Assembly (NCBI GenBank): GCA_024137785.1
Contig: JAHRHZ010000076.1
Span: forward strand, 15,141,873-15,205,872
Length of the DNA: 64,000 nucleotides
Origin: Ginglymostoma cirratum
Taxonomy: Eukaryota
Reading direction: 5' to 3'
The notes beneath the pieces were generated by a model. That model searched no databases, was not told where the DNA came from, and worked only from the letters and a program-made list of their open reading frames with translations. A program made the position numbers and the translations under genes. This document shows positions 25,970 through 40,305 of this stretch, in pieces (the first letter of the stretch is position 1; each line of letters opens with the position of its first letter).

Positions 25970-28810
25970 CATTCAATAAGTGGACAGCTCAGATTGAAAG
26001 GGATAATGGAAAAGTTTCTGAGTGTCTGACCTGCAGAATTTCCCCAGTACTTGGATTCCTTTTGGGGAAGAACATGATGTAACTGGCAGTGGGAAATCTG
26101 TGATTCACTTTATGCTCCAGAGCCCTCAGCTGTTGGAAGTTTATCACTTTACTGCCTTATGCCAACTCTGAAATGGCTTCAGGATCCTGCCATCGCTGAA
26201 CTAATTTCAATTCCAGAATCAGCTGCTGCACATTTTTCAAAATAGCTCATTTTAGGCTTCAACCTAATCATTTTCAGCAATTGATAATTCTACTGAAATA
26301 ACATTCAAGGATCACCAGTATGTGTGATCAAGTTACCTGACTGATGTGATCAGTACTATTCACTGTAAGCATTATGTTGCACTAAAATTCTATATTATTT
26401 TGGTTTGGTCTTTCATTATTTTGAATGAAATAGGCCAAATACAACAAACCATCATAAATTATGAAGTGTTCCTGAACATTCGATTTTTATAGATTGCCTT
26501 ATTTGTAAAGGTATGTATTTGAGATGCATAGAGGGAGAATTGCACAATTGTGCAGATTACTGACAGTGTTGTGTTTATATTCCTGAGTATTGATGCACAT
26601 CACAGCTTGCAGTTGTTACTTTCTGTGACACAAGTTTATTGCAGGAAATTTTTAAAAATCATTTTTATTTAGCTGAAACTAAGAACCGATTAGGCAAAAT
26701 TGTTCATTTCATTCTTGACAATAAAACCAAACAAAATGTTTTGTAAGGAGTTAAGGGATGGTTTTCTTTTGCCGTTAACTACTTTGGGAATGCAGAAAGT
26801 CCCAAAGTTCAGTGCAGGTAGCAGGATGCAATTTCTGCTGCCGATGACAATTGGAATATGTTAAACGACAGTGTTCCAATGATAACACGCCCTTAACACT
26901 GCAAGCTCTTGTGACCTGGCACTTGCTATTAGATGAGAAGCATGAATGCAGATATGCCAATCTTTTGATATGTGTAACCCTTAAGTTTTAAATACATTTC
27001 TTTCCAATAATGACAGTAGATTTATAAGTTAATGCAATGAGTCATTATAATCAATTTTAATTATCTGAAGAATTGTGTAAATATTAAATATGTACGATAA
27101 GGTATTAATCCATTTGCTTAAAAAACCTCCTGGCGTGCTGCAGCTGTGGATGACCGTCTCACCAGCTCATGCATAAATGACATTGTTGTATTTTCAGATT
27201 TTTTTGCAACAAAGTGGCTTATTTGATTTTGAACTAAGATTAAACTGACCTTGAAGGCAGATTGCTTCTGCCTCATGTTTCCCATCCCTTAAGAACACCC
27301 TGTATTGACAGATGTCTTCACCTGTTCATTAACCCTTCCTAAGCCTCTCACCTATTGGGTGGGCTGCAGACAGACCTAAGAATTAATGACTAATACTTCT
27401 TGAGCCACTAGGTTGGTTGTGGGTGAATTTTTGATCCAGAATAAATTGGATTCACCTCTTCAGCCCATTGAAGGAAGGTGGATCTCACTTAGGACAAGGA
27501 TGTTCTAAGGGTCTGTATCATTTTCCTTTGGTTATAAGTGTCAGTGATATTTCATTGATTACACCCCTATCAAATAGACAATCATGGCTTCTTCTTTAAG
27601 TTGCACATAGTTTATAGCCATTTCTTCCCAGCCCCCCTCACCCTCCAAGACTAAATATCCAGGCATGAGGATACCCAAATATGAATATATAATGTGCTAT
27701 AGAAGATCATAGAATCCCTACAGCGTGGGAGCAGGCCATTCAGCCCATTGAGACTACACCGACCTTCCGAAGAGCATCTCACCCATCCGAAGACCCATCC
27801 TCCTACCATTTGAGAAAATATTTTAATAGCTTAAATGGGCTTGAAATGGATATGTCAATAATTTGGTTTAATCAACTGCTATAATGCGTTTGGTGGAAGA
27901 TCTCCAATTTAATTATATACAAATAGATATGTAATATCCCAGGGAGCTATGAAAATGTCTAATTTTCAGTAAAAATGGTTAATGTGTGATAAAAAGAGCT
28001 ATTGTTACACTGAGATTATTATAATTGCTAACGGTATGAGCCAGAGACTTGTAACCTACATTTTGTTCAGCTCAGTTTTGTCTCAAAGTCGGGTTGCTTC
28101 TGAATGCAACTCACAGCAGGTGATAAACTTCATCCAGAACTTGTGCAAATCAAGTGTGCTCTTAATTAAAATTACAATAACTGTTTTAGTTTTCTGTTTA
28201 CACTGCTTACTTCAAATTATTGCGAAAAAATGCTTTTGCATACAAAGCAACTCTGAATTATTAAGAGCAGACTCTATGTACAAATTTATTAAATAATTTG
28301 ATGTTCATTATATTAGCACTATGTTTCCCTTTTATATCTGCGGCCTTGGATTGTTTTGTATTCAATTTTTACCTAAGATTCGAGTTCCATCTCAGGACTG
28401 ATATTTGAAATTTTGCCCTTCATTCTACTTCACTTCTGTCTCTTCCATCCTTAGTGATTCTTCTGAAGTTTCCTGTAACTTGGCTTTACAAGGTCCTAAC
28501 ACAACTCACTGTGGGAGCAAGACTGTGTTGCTGAAATAGACTGTTGCAACATTGCATTCACATCAACCTCCCGGGCCAAACTTTACACAAGGCAATTTGG
28601 GCTCTAAATGATCAAACTACTAATATTAAACATAGGAGCTCATTAAGAGATGAAAACAATCAACAAATGCAAATTGAGGTAGCAGAATCAGTTCAGCTAC
28701 TGACTGTATGCTGGTGCATGTTATATAATGTCTGTAACTTTCAAGTCATGACTTGTCTTACTAGACTGAAATAAATGGATCAATTTATACATTAAATCAT
28801 TTGCAATAAA
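25970..28810 (+). other. Candidate non-coding terminal exon / 3'UTR of STARD3NL
   Basis: Polypyrimidine tract with CCCTTAG| at 25969. The stretch is repeat-poor and AT-rich, with AATAAA at 26720, 28770 and 28805. A possible donor CAG|GTGTGG lies at 18351, just after the stop. The connection is inferred. Confidence 0.4.
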
Positions 28811-29497
28811 AGTAAATGGATCAATGAAATTTGAGGAAAGGTGTTTATTTGAGAAATTGTATTTTGTTGCTTATGATTTGTGATCATTTCTCTGCCTTTT
28901 TATCACCTAGTCTATTGATTTTTACTGCCCCGACAAAGTCACATGTTTTAAACCCATCAAATAATTTTATTCCAAAATAATTTTATTGAGGTGTCTAATC
29001 ATCTAAATATTTTGAACTTTTTTTAATATATTCGTTCACTGAATGAGGGCATTTCTGGCTAGGCCAGCATTTATTGCCCATCACTAGCTGCCCAGAGAGC
29101 AGTTAAGAGTCACTCACATTGCTGTGGGTCTGGAGTCACATGTAGGCCAGATCAGGGTAAGGATGGCAGTTTCCTTCCCTAAAGGGCATTAGTGAGCCAG
29201 GTAGGTTTTTCCAACAATCAACAATGGATTCATGGTCATCATTCAACTCCTAATTTCAGCTGTTCTGAAATGTTAAATTCAAATTCCATCATCTTCTGTG
29301 GCATGATTCAAACCCAGGTCTCAGAATATTACCTGGGTCTCTAGATTAACAATTCCACAACAATATCCCTAGGCCATTGCCTCCCTGCTTATGTTTGTGG
29401 AATTGCTACAAGCATTGTTAATACATTTTTTCATTAATTTCATAAGAGGCCTAGTGGCCAGGAGAAGTCAAATGGCCCAGAGACAGGATTGCCGGTT

Positions 29498-30922
29498 CTA
29501 AAGAAAACAGGGAACTATAGACCGTTTAGCCTGACGTCAGTGGTGGGAAAGATGCTGGAGTCAATTATAAAAGATGAAATTACAACTCATTTGGATAGCA
29601 GTAATAGGATAGGTCAGAGTCAGCATGGATTTACGAAGGGGAAATCGTGCTTGACTAATCTTCTGGAATTTTTTGAGGATGTAACTATGAAGATAGACAA
29701 GGGAGAGCCAGTGGATGTAGTGTACCTGGACTTTCAGAAAGCCTTTGATAAAGTCCCACGTAGGAGATTAGTGAGCAAAATTAAGGCACATGGTATTGGG
29801 GGCAAGATACTGACTTGGATTGAAAATTGGCTGGCTGACAGGAAGCAAAGAGTAGTGATAAACGGGTCCCTTTTGGAATGGCAGGCGGTGACCAGTGGGG
29901 TACTGCAAGGTTCAGTGCTGGGACCGCAGCTGTTTACAATATAGTTTAATGATATAGATGAAGGCATTAAAAGTAATATTAGCAAATTTGCTGATGACAC
30001 AAAGCTGGGTGGCAGTGTGAAATGTGAGGAGGATGTTATGAGAATACAGGGTGACTTGGACAGGCTAGGTGAGTGGGTGGATGCATGGCAGATGCAGTTT
30101 AATGTGGACAAATGTGAGGTTATCCACTTTGGTGGCAAGAACAGGAAGGCAGATTACTACCGAAATGGAGTCAAGTTAGGTAAAGGGGAAGTACAGCGAG
30201 ATCTAGGTGTTCTTGTACATCAGTCTATGAAAGCAAGCATGCAGGAACAGCAGGCAGTGAAGAAAGCTAATGGCATGCTGGCCTTCATAACAAGAGGAAT
30301 TGAGTATAGGAGCAAAGAGGTCCTTCTGCAGCTGTACAGGGCCCTGGTGAGACCGCACCTGGAGTATTATGTGCAGTTTTGGTCTCCAAATTTGAGGAAG
30401 GACATTCTTGCTATTGAGGGAGTGCAGCGTAGGTTCACGAGGTTAATTCCCGGAATGGCAGGACTATCGTATGTTGAAAGATTGGAGCGACTGGGCTTGT
30501 ATACACTTGAGTTTAGAAGGATGAGAGGGGATCTGATTGAGACGTATAAGATTATTAAGGGATTGGACACTCTGAAGGCAGGGAGCATGTTCCCGCTGAT
30601 GGGTGAGTCCAGAACCAGAGGACACAGTTTACAAATAAGGGGTAGGCCATTTAGAACAGAGTTGAGGAAAAACTTCTTCACCCAGAGAGTGGTGGATATA
30701 TGGAATGCTCTGCCCCAGAAGGCAGTGGAGGCCAAGTCTCTGGATACTTTCAAGAAAGGGATGGATAGAGTTCTTATAGATAATGGAATCAAGGATTATG
30801 GGGATAAGGCAGGAACAGGATACTGATTGTGGATGATCAGCCATGATCATAATGAATGGTGGTGCTGTCTCGAAGGGCCAAATGGCCTACTCCTGCATCT
30901 ATTGTCTATTGTCTATTGTCTA
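29498..30922 (+). mobile_element. Young 5'-truncated CR1 LINE (RT to C-terminus, one in-frame stop)
   Basis: GNYRPFSLTSVVGK, QHGF.KGKSCLTNL, YLDFQKAFDKV, QGSVLGP, KFADDTK and LVRPHLEY in one frame with a single TAG at 29942; (ATTGTCT)n tail. Confidence 0.95.
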
Positions 30923-31169
30923 AATGATGTATTAGAAACATTTAAGATCTGCTTCTGCAACGCATCTAACAAACGTAGATTCAGTTTTAATGCAGGGTTC
31001 TAAATTTCAGATTTCAACGTTAATCAAATCAGTGTTCTTATACAAAATAATATTTGAATCAAAATAGTGGGTTTTTTTAACAATTCGAATTTATTATGAA
31101 GGTTCATATTATTGCTATTTGGAAATGAGTTCTAAAGTGGAAATGTATAATTAATCTGCACTTTTATAT

Positions 31170-34100
31170 TGTGTGGGTTAATAAGGGAGGACTTGGTTTC
31201 ATTTTTGAGTCCTTTGAGTGGCTTTGAGGTATCTGAAGATCTGTTTACATACTTTTAAGCAAGCAATTAAAAAAATCCCTTGAGGTGAATAGTTCAGTGC
31301 TTTAGAAAAATAGGGGTAGATAAAAGGGGGAAAACAAGACTGTTACCTAGCAATAATCCCCTAGGACACAAGGAGTTAGAAACAGTTTTGATTTTGGAAA
31401 TTAGACTAACCAGAAGTTCAGTAAGTGTGCAAGTTTCTGTTAGCTGAATCAGATCTGTGAAGCAAGGGGACTATTATCAATTTACAAAGCAATTTCACAG
31501 AAAAAAATCCTGATTAATGTTTGTAAAAGAAAGCTCAAGAAGCAGAAGGCAGTAAAAGAGGAATTTAAAGAACTTGTGTTAAAAAAAAAGTTGCATTAGT
31601 TTGTTTAAGGGTCGCCTGAAGAGACATTAAGATACCACCAAATAAATGTAGACATCTGCCAGAAAGAAACCAACTACAGCCATGTTCTCCGAACAATAAT
31701 CTTTAAAGTGAAAGCAATGAGACTTCAATGCAGATAATGTATCTGTAATGTTGAGGGCTGAAGAGTTGAGTCTTTATTTTTAACATTTGTAATAAAACTT
31801 TTTTCATCTAAATGCTTGTGTAGTGAAAAAAATAAACATTTTGTTGTTCTGTTAAAAGTATATTAACAACGCTCTTGTGAATATGTTCAGTGACTGACCA
31901 TCATGGTAAACAAATTGAAAATATAAATTTATAGAGTGGTATCTTCCCAGCCTTTGAAAGACATGGCAATGACAAGTCAGTTGGGAAAATATGGTGAGAC
32001 TCACAACATCAAAGGAGAAATAACCTGATCTGCAACTAAGTTTTGGATGGCACGATGAGAATCTTGCGAGTGAGAAGTGAGAGTCCTATTTGCATGCCAT
32101 TAGTAATCTTGCCTCATTGATTTCACTTTCCTATTCTTCCAATTGTCAGATAGAAATCAGGCAGCAATAATTTGTGGCATGGAAAAGCAGGTACTTAGAG
32201 GATCCAAGATAACAAGGTGTGGAGCTGGATGAACACAGCAGGCAAAGCAGCATCATAGGAGCAGGATTTGCCTGCTGTGTTCATCCAGCTCCACACCTTG
32301 TTATTTCGGATTCTCCAGCATCTGCAGTACCTATTATCTCTGATACAACTTAGAGGATCCAACTCTGCTTACTCTTCTGGGCCTCCATCTTGATAAAAGA
32401 TACTGACATCACAGGTTAAAATCCATGGGCATTAAGTGCCCAATAGCTTCTCCCAGTCCATGAAGATTGGCATCAGAACATAGCAGCCTTATTATGTTAT
32501 GGCAAACCTACGATCCACCTACAATGCAATTTTCCACTTCAGTGTTGTGCTTTGAAGTGCACTGACACCTTTCATTGTATTGCTGCTACCAGGACACTTT
32601 GTGCGCAAGAACAAGCATTTACATCATGCATTGGACCAGAGTAGAATTTCTCTTCACCCCTGAAACATGGCAGTCTTCTGAGTCCCAGTAATATGGGGTG
32701 TTTCTTTCTTATTCATCTGCAGAGATATGGCAATGATGTGCTCACCAGCATATGCTCCTGCTTCCAATCTAGCTATAACAACCACCAAGGTGTCAGCCTG
32801 AGCTGGTGGAGCGTGTGGGAGCCGCCTTGCCAATACATGGGATCTGTGGCTTCTTCCTCAGAGGTAGAGGAGGAGATGATGATTTGCAGGGCTACTTTCT
32901 TGAGGGCAAGAGATTCTACAGATGCCACTGGAACCTGCAGGAAACAAAAGAGGAAATCAGTTGCAACGTAAGGGTAGAGATTCAGGCATCTTAAGAATAT
33001 GTGGGATGAATATAAAAGGAAAACAGCATAGCAATTGACAGTGATTCCCATTTGGTTGCTGGGACATGAGACCACAAGAGTCGTCTTTTGCTAAAACTGG
33101 GGTTCTCTCCTCATAGCGGGTGAGGAGATGAAAGTCAGGTATCCCATCACCTGTAAAAACAAAACAACTGCAGATGCTGGAAAAATAACAAAATGAAGAA
33201 GGGTGACTGGTCCCAAAATGTCAACTCTGTTTTCTCTCCACAGATGCTACCAGATCTGCTGAGTTTCTCTTGTAATTCTATTTTGTACCCCATCACCTGT
33301 CGTGGCTCTTTCTGCCCTATTGTGGGTCATTTTTACCTGGAATGAGGCAAAAGGAGGGATCGTGTGAGTGGCAAGTAGCTGGCACTGCTGTTAGTAACGG
33401 TGTGTGGGGTAAAAGTAGTAAGGTATCCTGAGAGTTAATAGGCAGTACGGAGGTCATCCAGAGTTTTATGCATGTGCGTATGTATGTGTAGTAGGTGAGG
33501 GGCAAGGAGGATGTTGGGGGTGGGGTGGGGGGGTGGTAGGATGATTGAGGTGGTTCTGGGGGAATGAAGGAAGATATTACATGCAATATGAGAGGGCCAG
33601 GAGTGTGTGCAGTAGCAGAGTTAAATTTAGTGGAAAGTAGCAGAGAGAAGATAGTGGCACATGTACTCATGGAGCCCAGAAGGTCTTTAGCCTTCTTGCA
33701 GCACTGCTGAACAATTCTCCAGACCACAGACTCTACACTGACCCAGCTGGTGGTTTCAGATCAGACTGGTAGAGCTGGTGCTGTGGTATTCTCAGTAAGT
33801 CCCCGGCAAAGGAGATGGCCATCTTCTCTAACACCCTGTCCACCAGATACATCAGGTTCCTGTTGATCAGCAGAGAGCTAACTCCCCCATCTCAACTATT
33901 TCGGGGGGACATATAGGAATCATGAAGGGCAATTCCTAACAGTTTTTGACCTGGTGCACAGCTATGTTTTCAATATAGTGCTTGGACTAGGAATCCCGGG
34001 AAGTCGCTGCAGTGGTGACTACTTACAACACTGGTGAGCAGAGGATAACATGAGCTGGTGCAATAATGGCGTGGTGTGTAACCGTGGAATATAGCATAAC

Positions 34101-34250
34101 AACACTCACTAGAACTCATGGAAAGAAAACCTCCATGAAACTATCTGAAATTAATACTTAGCTGTTTTCCCGTAAAATTCAACCTGTGGTTTATCACGCA
34201 AAGTTTCATTCTGGGTTCCAGTATTCTTTTTAATCTGGGATCATAAAACA
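31170..34250 (+). mobile_element. Probable solo LTR interrupted by a Harbinger fossil
   Basis: Begins TGT and ends GATCATAAAACA; AATAAA at about 31791 and 31831; no TSD recognised. Confidence 0.35.
32040..34185 (-). mobile_element. PIF/Harbinger fossil (Myb/SANT-like gene remnant at about 33670-33890)
   Basis: Minus-strand remnants LMYLVDRVLEK and WRIVQQCCKKAKDLL resemble the Harbinger Myb-like protein; TIR-like GGTTGAATTTTACGG at 34170-34184. Nested fold-back elements at 32208-32347 and 33155-33288. Confidence 0.5.
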
Positions 34251-34799
34251 GTAACAACTCAACAAAAATAAAATGAGCAAGATTTTTGATTTTTTAACTG
34301 ATCTGACTATTTCTAATAGCTTGGAAATTGAGTCCGTTTTATTGACTGTGGGAGTAATGACAGTTCATTTATTACTCTCAGTTGCTATTTCAAGGCAGCA
34401 GACTGGGGTTTGCAGCAGTTACTGAGACTTTGGAAAATCTGCTGTGTGGCTACAACTGATGAATAGCAAGTAAACAAACAACCAACATCCCAGATCTGAA
34501 GAGTTTGTTGCAAAACTTATTATTTTTCCGACTTACTAAATGTATCCATTCTGTAGTGAATAAAGAAGTGACGAGGAGGTCATATATATTTTTGTAAATG
34601 GACAATTAACTCATATACTCCTCAGTGACATCAGCTGAAAACACAAAATCAGTTTGTATAAGCTACAACTTCACACCCTAGTATGTCATCACATATTGAG
34701 ATTCCTCCACTGTCACTAAATTGCCACTCTGCTTCTCCAACAGTCAATGCCGGATTAACAAAAAAAATTCCTCCAATTTAATTTTTGCTAGACTGAACC

Positions 34800-35410
34800 C
34801 ATTGTTATTAGTCTCTGCCACAAACTATCTTCTCTCCTCAGATTCCATGCCTCCCCTTGGCAAGTATCTGAGGCTGTGCAAGCCTCAAACCTTATCCTGA
34901 CATGAGCTCTTCATATTCACAGCATCATCCAAATTGAATATTACCACCACTGTTAAATTGTCCAACTATGGCCCTGCATTAGCTCATTTGCTACTGGAAT
35001 CCTCATCCATGCCTTTCTTACCTCCAGATATGATTTCTTTAATACATTCCTGGCCACATTCCATGGCTTTCCCTCTGTAAACTTGAAATAATTCAAATGC
35101 CTGCAGCCTATGTCCTAACTAGCAGCTAGTTCCATTCTTCCGCCAGCCCATGTGCTTACTGGCTTGCATTAATTCTTGATTAAACAATACTTTGATTTAA
35201 ATTCTCACCCTTGTTTTGAAATCCCTCTATTACCATATCCATCTGTGACTGTGTGATGTCCTATGATCCTCCAAGTTATTTCTACTCTAATTTTGGCATC
35301 TTGAGCATCTTCAAGTTTATTCTCTTCACTTCACCATCAGTGGTTGTACCTTTAGATTCTTGAATCCTAATTTTTAGAATTGTCCCCTAGACCTCTTCAA
35401 GATTCTCCTG
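34800..35410 (+). mobile_element. L2 LINE ORF2 C-terminal remnant
   Basis: LIHAFLTSRYD.FNTFLA...KLEIIQ resembles the L2 motif HAFVTSRLDY.N.LL.G..KLQ..QN. Confidence 0.65.
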
Positions 35411-35419
35411 TAAATCTAG

Positions 35420-35790
35420 TGTCAGACGTGGTTCAGTTGGTAGTACTCTCGCTTTTGCAGATTGTGGGATTCAGGAGTTGAGCACAAAAGTGTAGACTGA
35501 TATTTCCAGTGTTATGCTAAGGAAATCCTGCTCTGCTGGAGGCGCTGTCTTGTGAAAATGAAGGTCTGTCTGCCTATTCCAGTGGATGTATGGGATTCAT
35601 AGAATAATTTCAATAGAACACTTTTCCTGGACAATATTTATCCCTTAGCCAACATTATCTGGATTATCTGGTTGTTGAGATATTGCTATTTGAACAGTTG
35701 GTGTGGTTTATCAATTTAGCTGTCACATATCCTTAATTACAACACGTTTCAAAAATTATTTCATTAACTGTGATATGCGATGAGCTGAAT
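35420..35790 (+). mobile_element. DeuSINE (SacSINE1/AmnSINE-like)
   Basis: tRNA-like head GTGGTTCAGTTGGTAGTACTCTCGC and Deu-like CTGCTGGAGGCGCTGTCTT...GGTCTGTCTGCC. Confidence 0.55.
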
Positions 35791-36199
35791 GCAGTTCTTC
35801 TCTGTTACATTGCTCCGTGGTTGTTCTGAGATTTTGACTTGCCCTGAAAGATGCCATATTAAGCCTTCTGATCAAAAAAGACTCTTAAAGCTCTTGGTCA
35901 TTTGTCTCGAATATCTCTTAATTTGACGTAGTATCTTTTTTTAAATAAACTACTGTGACTGCCTTGGGACTCTTATTGCATTAAAATTGCCAAAAGATTT
36001 CGAGATGTTTTTATTGTTGTCTAGAACCGTGTGGCAGTATTTACCAGATTTAAGCTCACACCTATTTCGTTGGTGGGAAATGCAACATGTACTGTCAATG
36101 TTCCATCACCAGAGGGAACCATTCATCGCTTGCTGTGATTTTGGAATGAGGTCATTCCATACATTATCAGGTTCTGCAAAATGATAGTACCTTTTCCAT

Positions 36200-38700
36200 C
36201 ATAGAGTGATAGAGTCATAGAGACATACAGCACAGAAACAGACACTTCGGCCCAACTTGTCCATGGCGGCCAGATATCCTAAAGAAATCTAGTCCCATAT
36301 GTCAGCATTTGGCCCATATCCCTCTAAACCCTTCCTCTTCATGTACCTATCCAAATGCCTTTTAAATGTCATAATTGTACCAGCCTCCACCACCTCCTAT
36401 GGCAACTCATTCTATACACCCACCACCCTCTGCGTGAAAAAGTTGCCCTTTATTTCCCTTTTAAATGGAGTTGTTGATTGGTTCGCCAAGTTTACTGGTT
36501 TTTGTACAAACGTTTCGTCCCCCTTCTAGGTGAGATTCTCAGTGCTGTCTAGCCTCTGTTGAAGCGCTGTTGTTCTGTTCCATTCTGAATTTATATGGTT
36601 CAGTCTGTCATGGTGGGTAGTTCTGTTTCAGGTGGTATGTAGATGGGGTCTATTTCAACATGTTTGTTTTTGGCACCAGTGGTTGAAAACCAGGCCTCCA
36701 GGAATTCTGGTGCTTGTCTTTGTTTTGCTTGTCCAAGTACTGTTACTGTGTCCCAGTTAAACTGATGTCCTTCTTTGTTGGTATGAATAGAAATGAGGGA
36801 AAGTTGGTTGCGCCATTTTCTTTAAATCTTTCCCCTCTCATCTTAAACCTATGCCCTCTAGTTTTGGATTCCCCTACTCTGCGGAAAATACCTTGCATGT
36901 TCACCCTATCTACGCCCCTCATGATTTTATAAACCTCTATAAGGCCCACCTCAGTCTCCGGCACTTCAGGAGAAATAACCCCAGCCTATTCCACCTCTCC
37001 CTATAGCTCAAAACCTCTAACCCTGGCAACATTCTTGTAAATCTTATCTGAATCCTTTCAAGTTTCACAACATCTTTCCTATAGGAGGAAGACCAGAACT
37101 GAATACAGTATTCCAAAAGTGGCCTAACCAGTGTCCTGTATAACTGCAACATGACCCCCAATTCCAATACTCAATGCACCAACCAATAAAGGCAAGTGTA
37201 CCAAATGCCTTCTTCTCAACCCTGTGATTCCACTTTCAAGGAGCTATGAACTTCCACCCCAAGCTCTCTTTGTTCAGCAACACTCTGCAGGACAAAACTA
37301 TTAAGTGTATATGTCCTGTCCTGATTTGTCTTACCAAAATGCAGCACCTCACATTTATCTAAATTAAACTCCATCTGACACTCCTTGGCCCAATTGCCCA
37401 TCTTGTCAAGGTCCCGTTGCACTCTGAGGTAACCTGCTTCGCTGTCTACTACACCACCAATTTTGATGTCATCTGCAAACTTACTAATCATGCCTCCTAT
37501 ATTCACATTCAAATCATTGTTATAAATGACAAAAAACAGTGAACCCAGCATGAATCCTTGCAGCATACTCCTAGTCACAGGCCTCTAGTCCAAAAAGCTA
37601 CCATCCACAACCACGGTCTGACTCCTATCATCAAGCCAGTTTTGCATCCAAATGGCTAACTCACCCTGTGTTCCATGTGTTCTAACCTTGCTAATCAGTC
37701 TACCCGCACAACCATGTCAAATGCCTTACTGAAGTCCATATAGAGAAACGTCCACCACTCTGCCTTCATCAGTCTTCTTTGTCACTTCTTCAAAAATCTC
37801 AATCAAGTTAGTGAGACACGATTTCCCATGCACAATGTCATGTTGACTATCCCTAATCAGACCTTGCCTTTGCAAATACATGTAAATCATTTCTCTTAGA
37901 ATCCCCTGCAACAACTTGCCCACCACTGATGTCAGGCTCGCCAGTCTATAGTTCTCTGGCTTTTCCTTATCACCTTAGTTAAATAATGGAACCACATTAG
38001 CCAACCTCCAGTCTTCAGGCACCTCATCCATGGCTACCGATGATACAAATATCTCAGCAAAGGGACCAGCAATCACTTCCCTAGCTTCCCACAAAAGTCA
38101 GGGTTACACCTGATCATGTCCCGGAGATGTATTCACTTTTCTGCATTTTAAGATGTCCAGCAGCTCCTTCTTTGTAATATGGACACTTGTCAAGATTTCG
38201 CTACTTATTTCCCCAGGTTCTCCAGCTTCCATATCCTTCTCCATGTAAACACCAATGTGAAATACTCGTTTAGTATCTCCCCCATATCCTGTGGTTCCAC
38301 ACACAGGCGGCCTTATTGATTTTTGAGGGAACCTATTCACTCCCTAGTTACTCTTTTCTCCTTAATATATTTGTAGAACATGTTAAGAATCTCTTTGGAT
38401 TCTCCTTAACCTTAATTGCCACCGCTACATCATGTTACCTTTTTGCTCTCCTAATTTCCCTGTTGAGTATACTTCTCCTGCCTTTATACCCCTTGAGGGA
38501 TTCACTTGATCCCTGTTGTCTATTTCTAACATTTGCCTCATTCTTTTTCTCAACAAGAGCCCCAATTTCTCTTATTATCCTGTATTCCCTACAACTACCA
38601 GCCCTGCCTTTCACACTAACAGGAACATAATGTCTCTGGACTCTTGTTATCTCATTTTTGAAGGCCTCCCACTTTTTAGCAGTCTCTTTATCTGAGAACC
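36200..38700 (-). mobile_element. Frameshifted CR1 LINE
   Basis: SQH...GKSCLTNLIE, SKFADDIKIGG and LVRPLLEYC spread over several frames. Confidence 0.9.
36467..36820 (-). mobile_element. Penelope-like element 3' fragment (GIY-YIG endonuclease C-terminus) nested in CR1
   Basis: Minus-strand RNQLSLISIHTNKEGHQFNWDTVTVLGQAKQRQAPEFLEAWFS...NKHVEIDPIY; degenerate hammerhead (CTGAGAA...CGAAACGTT) at about 36509-36542; TTTAAAT duplicated at 36460-36466 / 36821-36827. Confidence 0.8.
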
Positions 38701-38849
38701 AATAACAGTTCATCTCTTTGGACCATTTTCTTACCTGAAGATAGGCTTGAAAACAACGCCTGTGTGGTACCTCTTTACAATATTGTATGATAATCGGTAT
38801 GAGGAAAGGTATTTGACACATTTTAATGTAATAATTTTGAATCCCCATT

Positions 38850-40304
38850 ATTGTAGCATCAAGTTAGCAGGTTTAGGTGATGACAGTAATGTTGATTAGA
38901 ATGAGATGGATTGGGGTAAAAAAGCAGTCAGAAAGCTGGTATAATGTCACATGAAGAAGCAAAAACCATTTCAGCTCATTTTGCAAATTAAATTCTGCAA
39001 CTGAGAAATCTATATCAAAACATCTCTCTGTTGCTAGATGAGGAACAAATGCAAAGCCTCCTCCATCGATAGCTGAGAGTTTTGGTTCAATTATTGATGA
39101 TCTTACTCCTCTTCATACTGATGATTGTGAAAAACATGATACAAGAAGAGTAGTTAATATTCTGGGGGAGAAATGGAGGACTTAGGGTTTCTGTCCATGT
39201 CAGAAACTTGGAATCATTTGTTAGATCACTTCCACAAATCCAACAATGCGTTACAGGATGCAAGAATAACTCTTAGCACATGTGCAAATCTTTACATGTC
39301 ACTGTCTCACTTCTTGAAAGAAACTCACAAAAGATTTGATGAATTTTAACTCAAAACTAAAGAAGGCCTGTTTGGTGTAAACTACATGTGTGATTAAAAG
39401 GAGAAGAAAGGGCGAAATAATCCAATGATGGTGATGCACTCGATGTTGATGAAACGCTTTCACCAAGGGTCAAGTTTTGAGTTTAATCCTTTATGCCTAA
39501 GGATGGATTTACAAGAAACCAACTTGAACAAAATGACGGTCACACAAAAATGTTGCAAACAGTTTTTCAGAAGTACGAAATGTTTGGTGAAAAGTATCCT
39601 GATGATGTCCATGTTAATCTTCTTGGAGAAAGAGAAACACTTATAAGCTTCTTTCAAGGAAAGTTATTCAGATAAAGGACATATATACCACCAGGGCCTC
39701 TTTGAAGGCATCTTCTGAAATAGGATTCGGTTGATTTTCCCTGATAGAGAAGCAATTCTGTGGCTTTTTTTGAGTCTAACGGTAAGTAAATACTGAGGAG
39801 AAAGGTTATCGTCGCAGCTGAGAAGCAGATAACAAGCCTGAGTTGCAGATAACAATGGCACAGGAAAGCTGCCAGCACAAAGCACTACGTGCATAAAAAG
39901 AGATAAACTTCATAGATTATCAATTGAGGACATCATCAGTGAATTTCTAATCAAAAATCTAAAAGGAGAAATATTTTAACCCTTTTGCAGCTTGTATTGC
40001 TGCATCCATTTTGTAAGTGCTGATCTGTGTTATTGTTCTTGTGTTGCTGTAGGTTAAACAGATTAAATGAGCATATATGCTCATCAAGAAATTATAAAGT
40101 ACTTTTATTTGAAAGTATTTTGTAATGCCAATTGGCTTATTGCAAGACATATGTCTTAGGTAGGTTTTAGTTGTAATTGTATCTTCACCTATGTATATTG
40201 ATACTTCGATTTTCATTGTCCTTTCAGTGAGGATGATACATTTTTTTGGTAATGTTATAAGGCCTCTTAAAACTTGGCATAGTTCAGGCCCTTAATCCAA
40301 CCCT
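38850..40304 (+). mobile_element. hAT transposase fossil (ZMYM1-like group)
   Basis: KHLSVAR* (LS.TRW motif), LQDARITL, EKYPDDV, and the dimerisation domain IFPDREAILWLFLSLTVS..GERLSSQL...IEDIISEF; TIR-like CTTAATCCAACCCTA at 40291-40305. Confidence 0.75.
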
Positions 40305-40305
40305 A

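Noticed and set aside
34745-34760. CAATGCCGGATTAA as the 5' TIR of the hAT fossil at 38850-40304
   Set aside because: Only a partial match, 4 kb away across unrelated repeats, with no 8-bp TSD seen.
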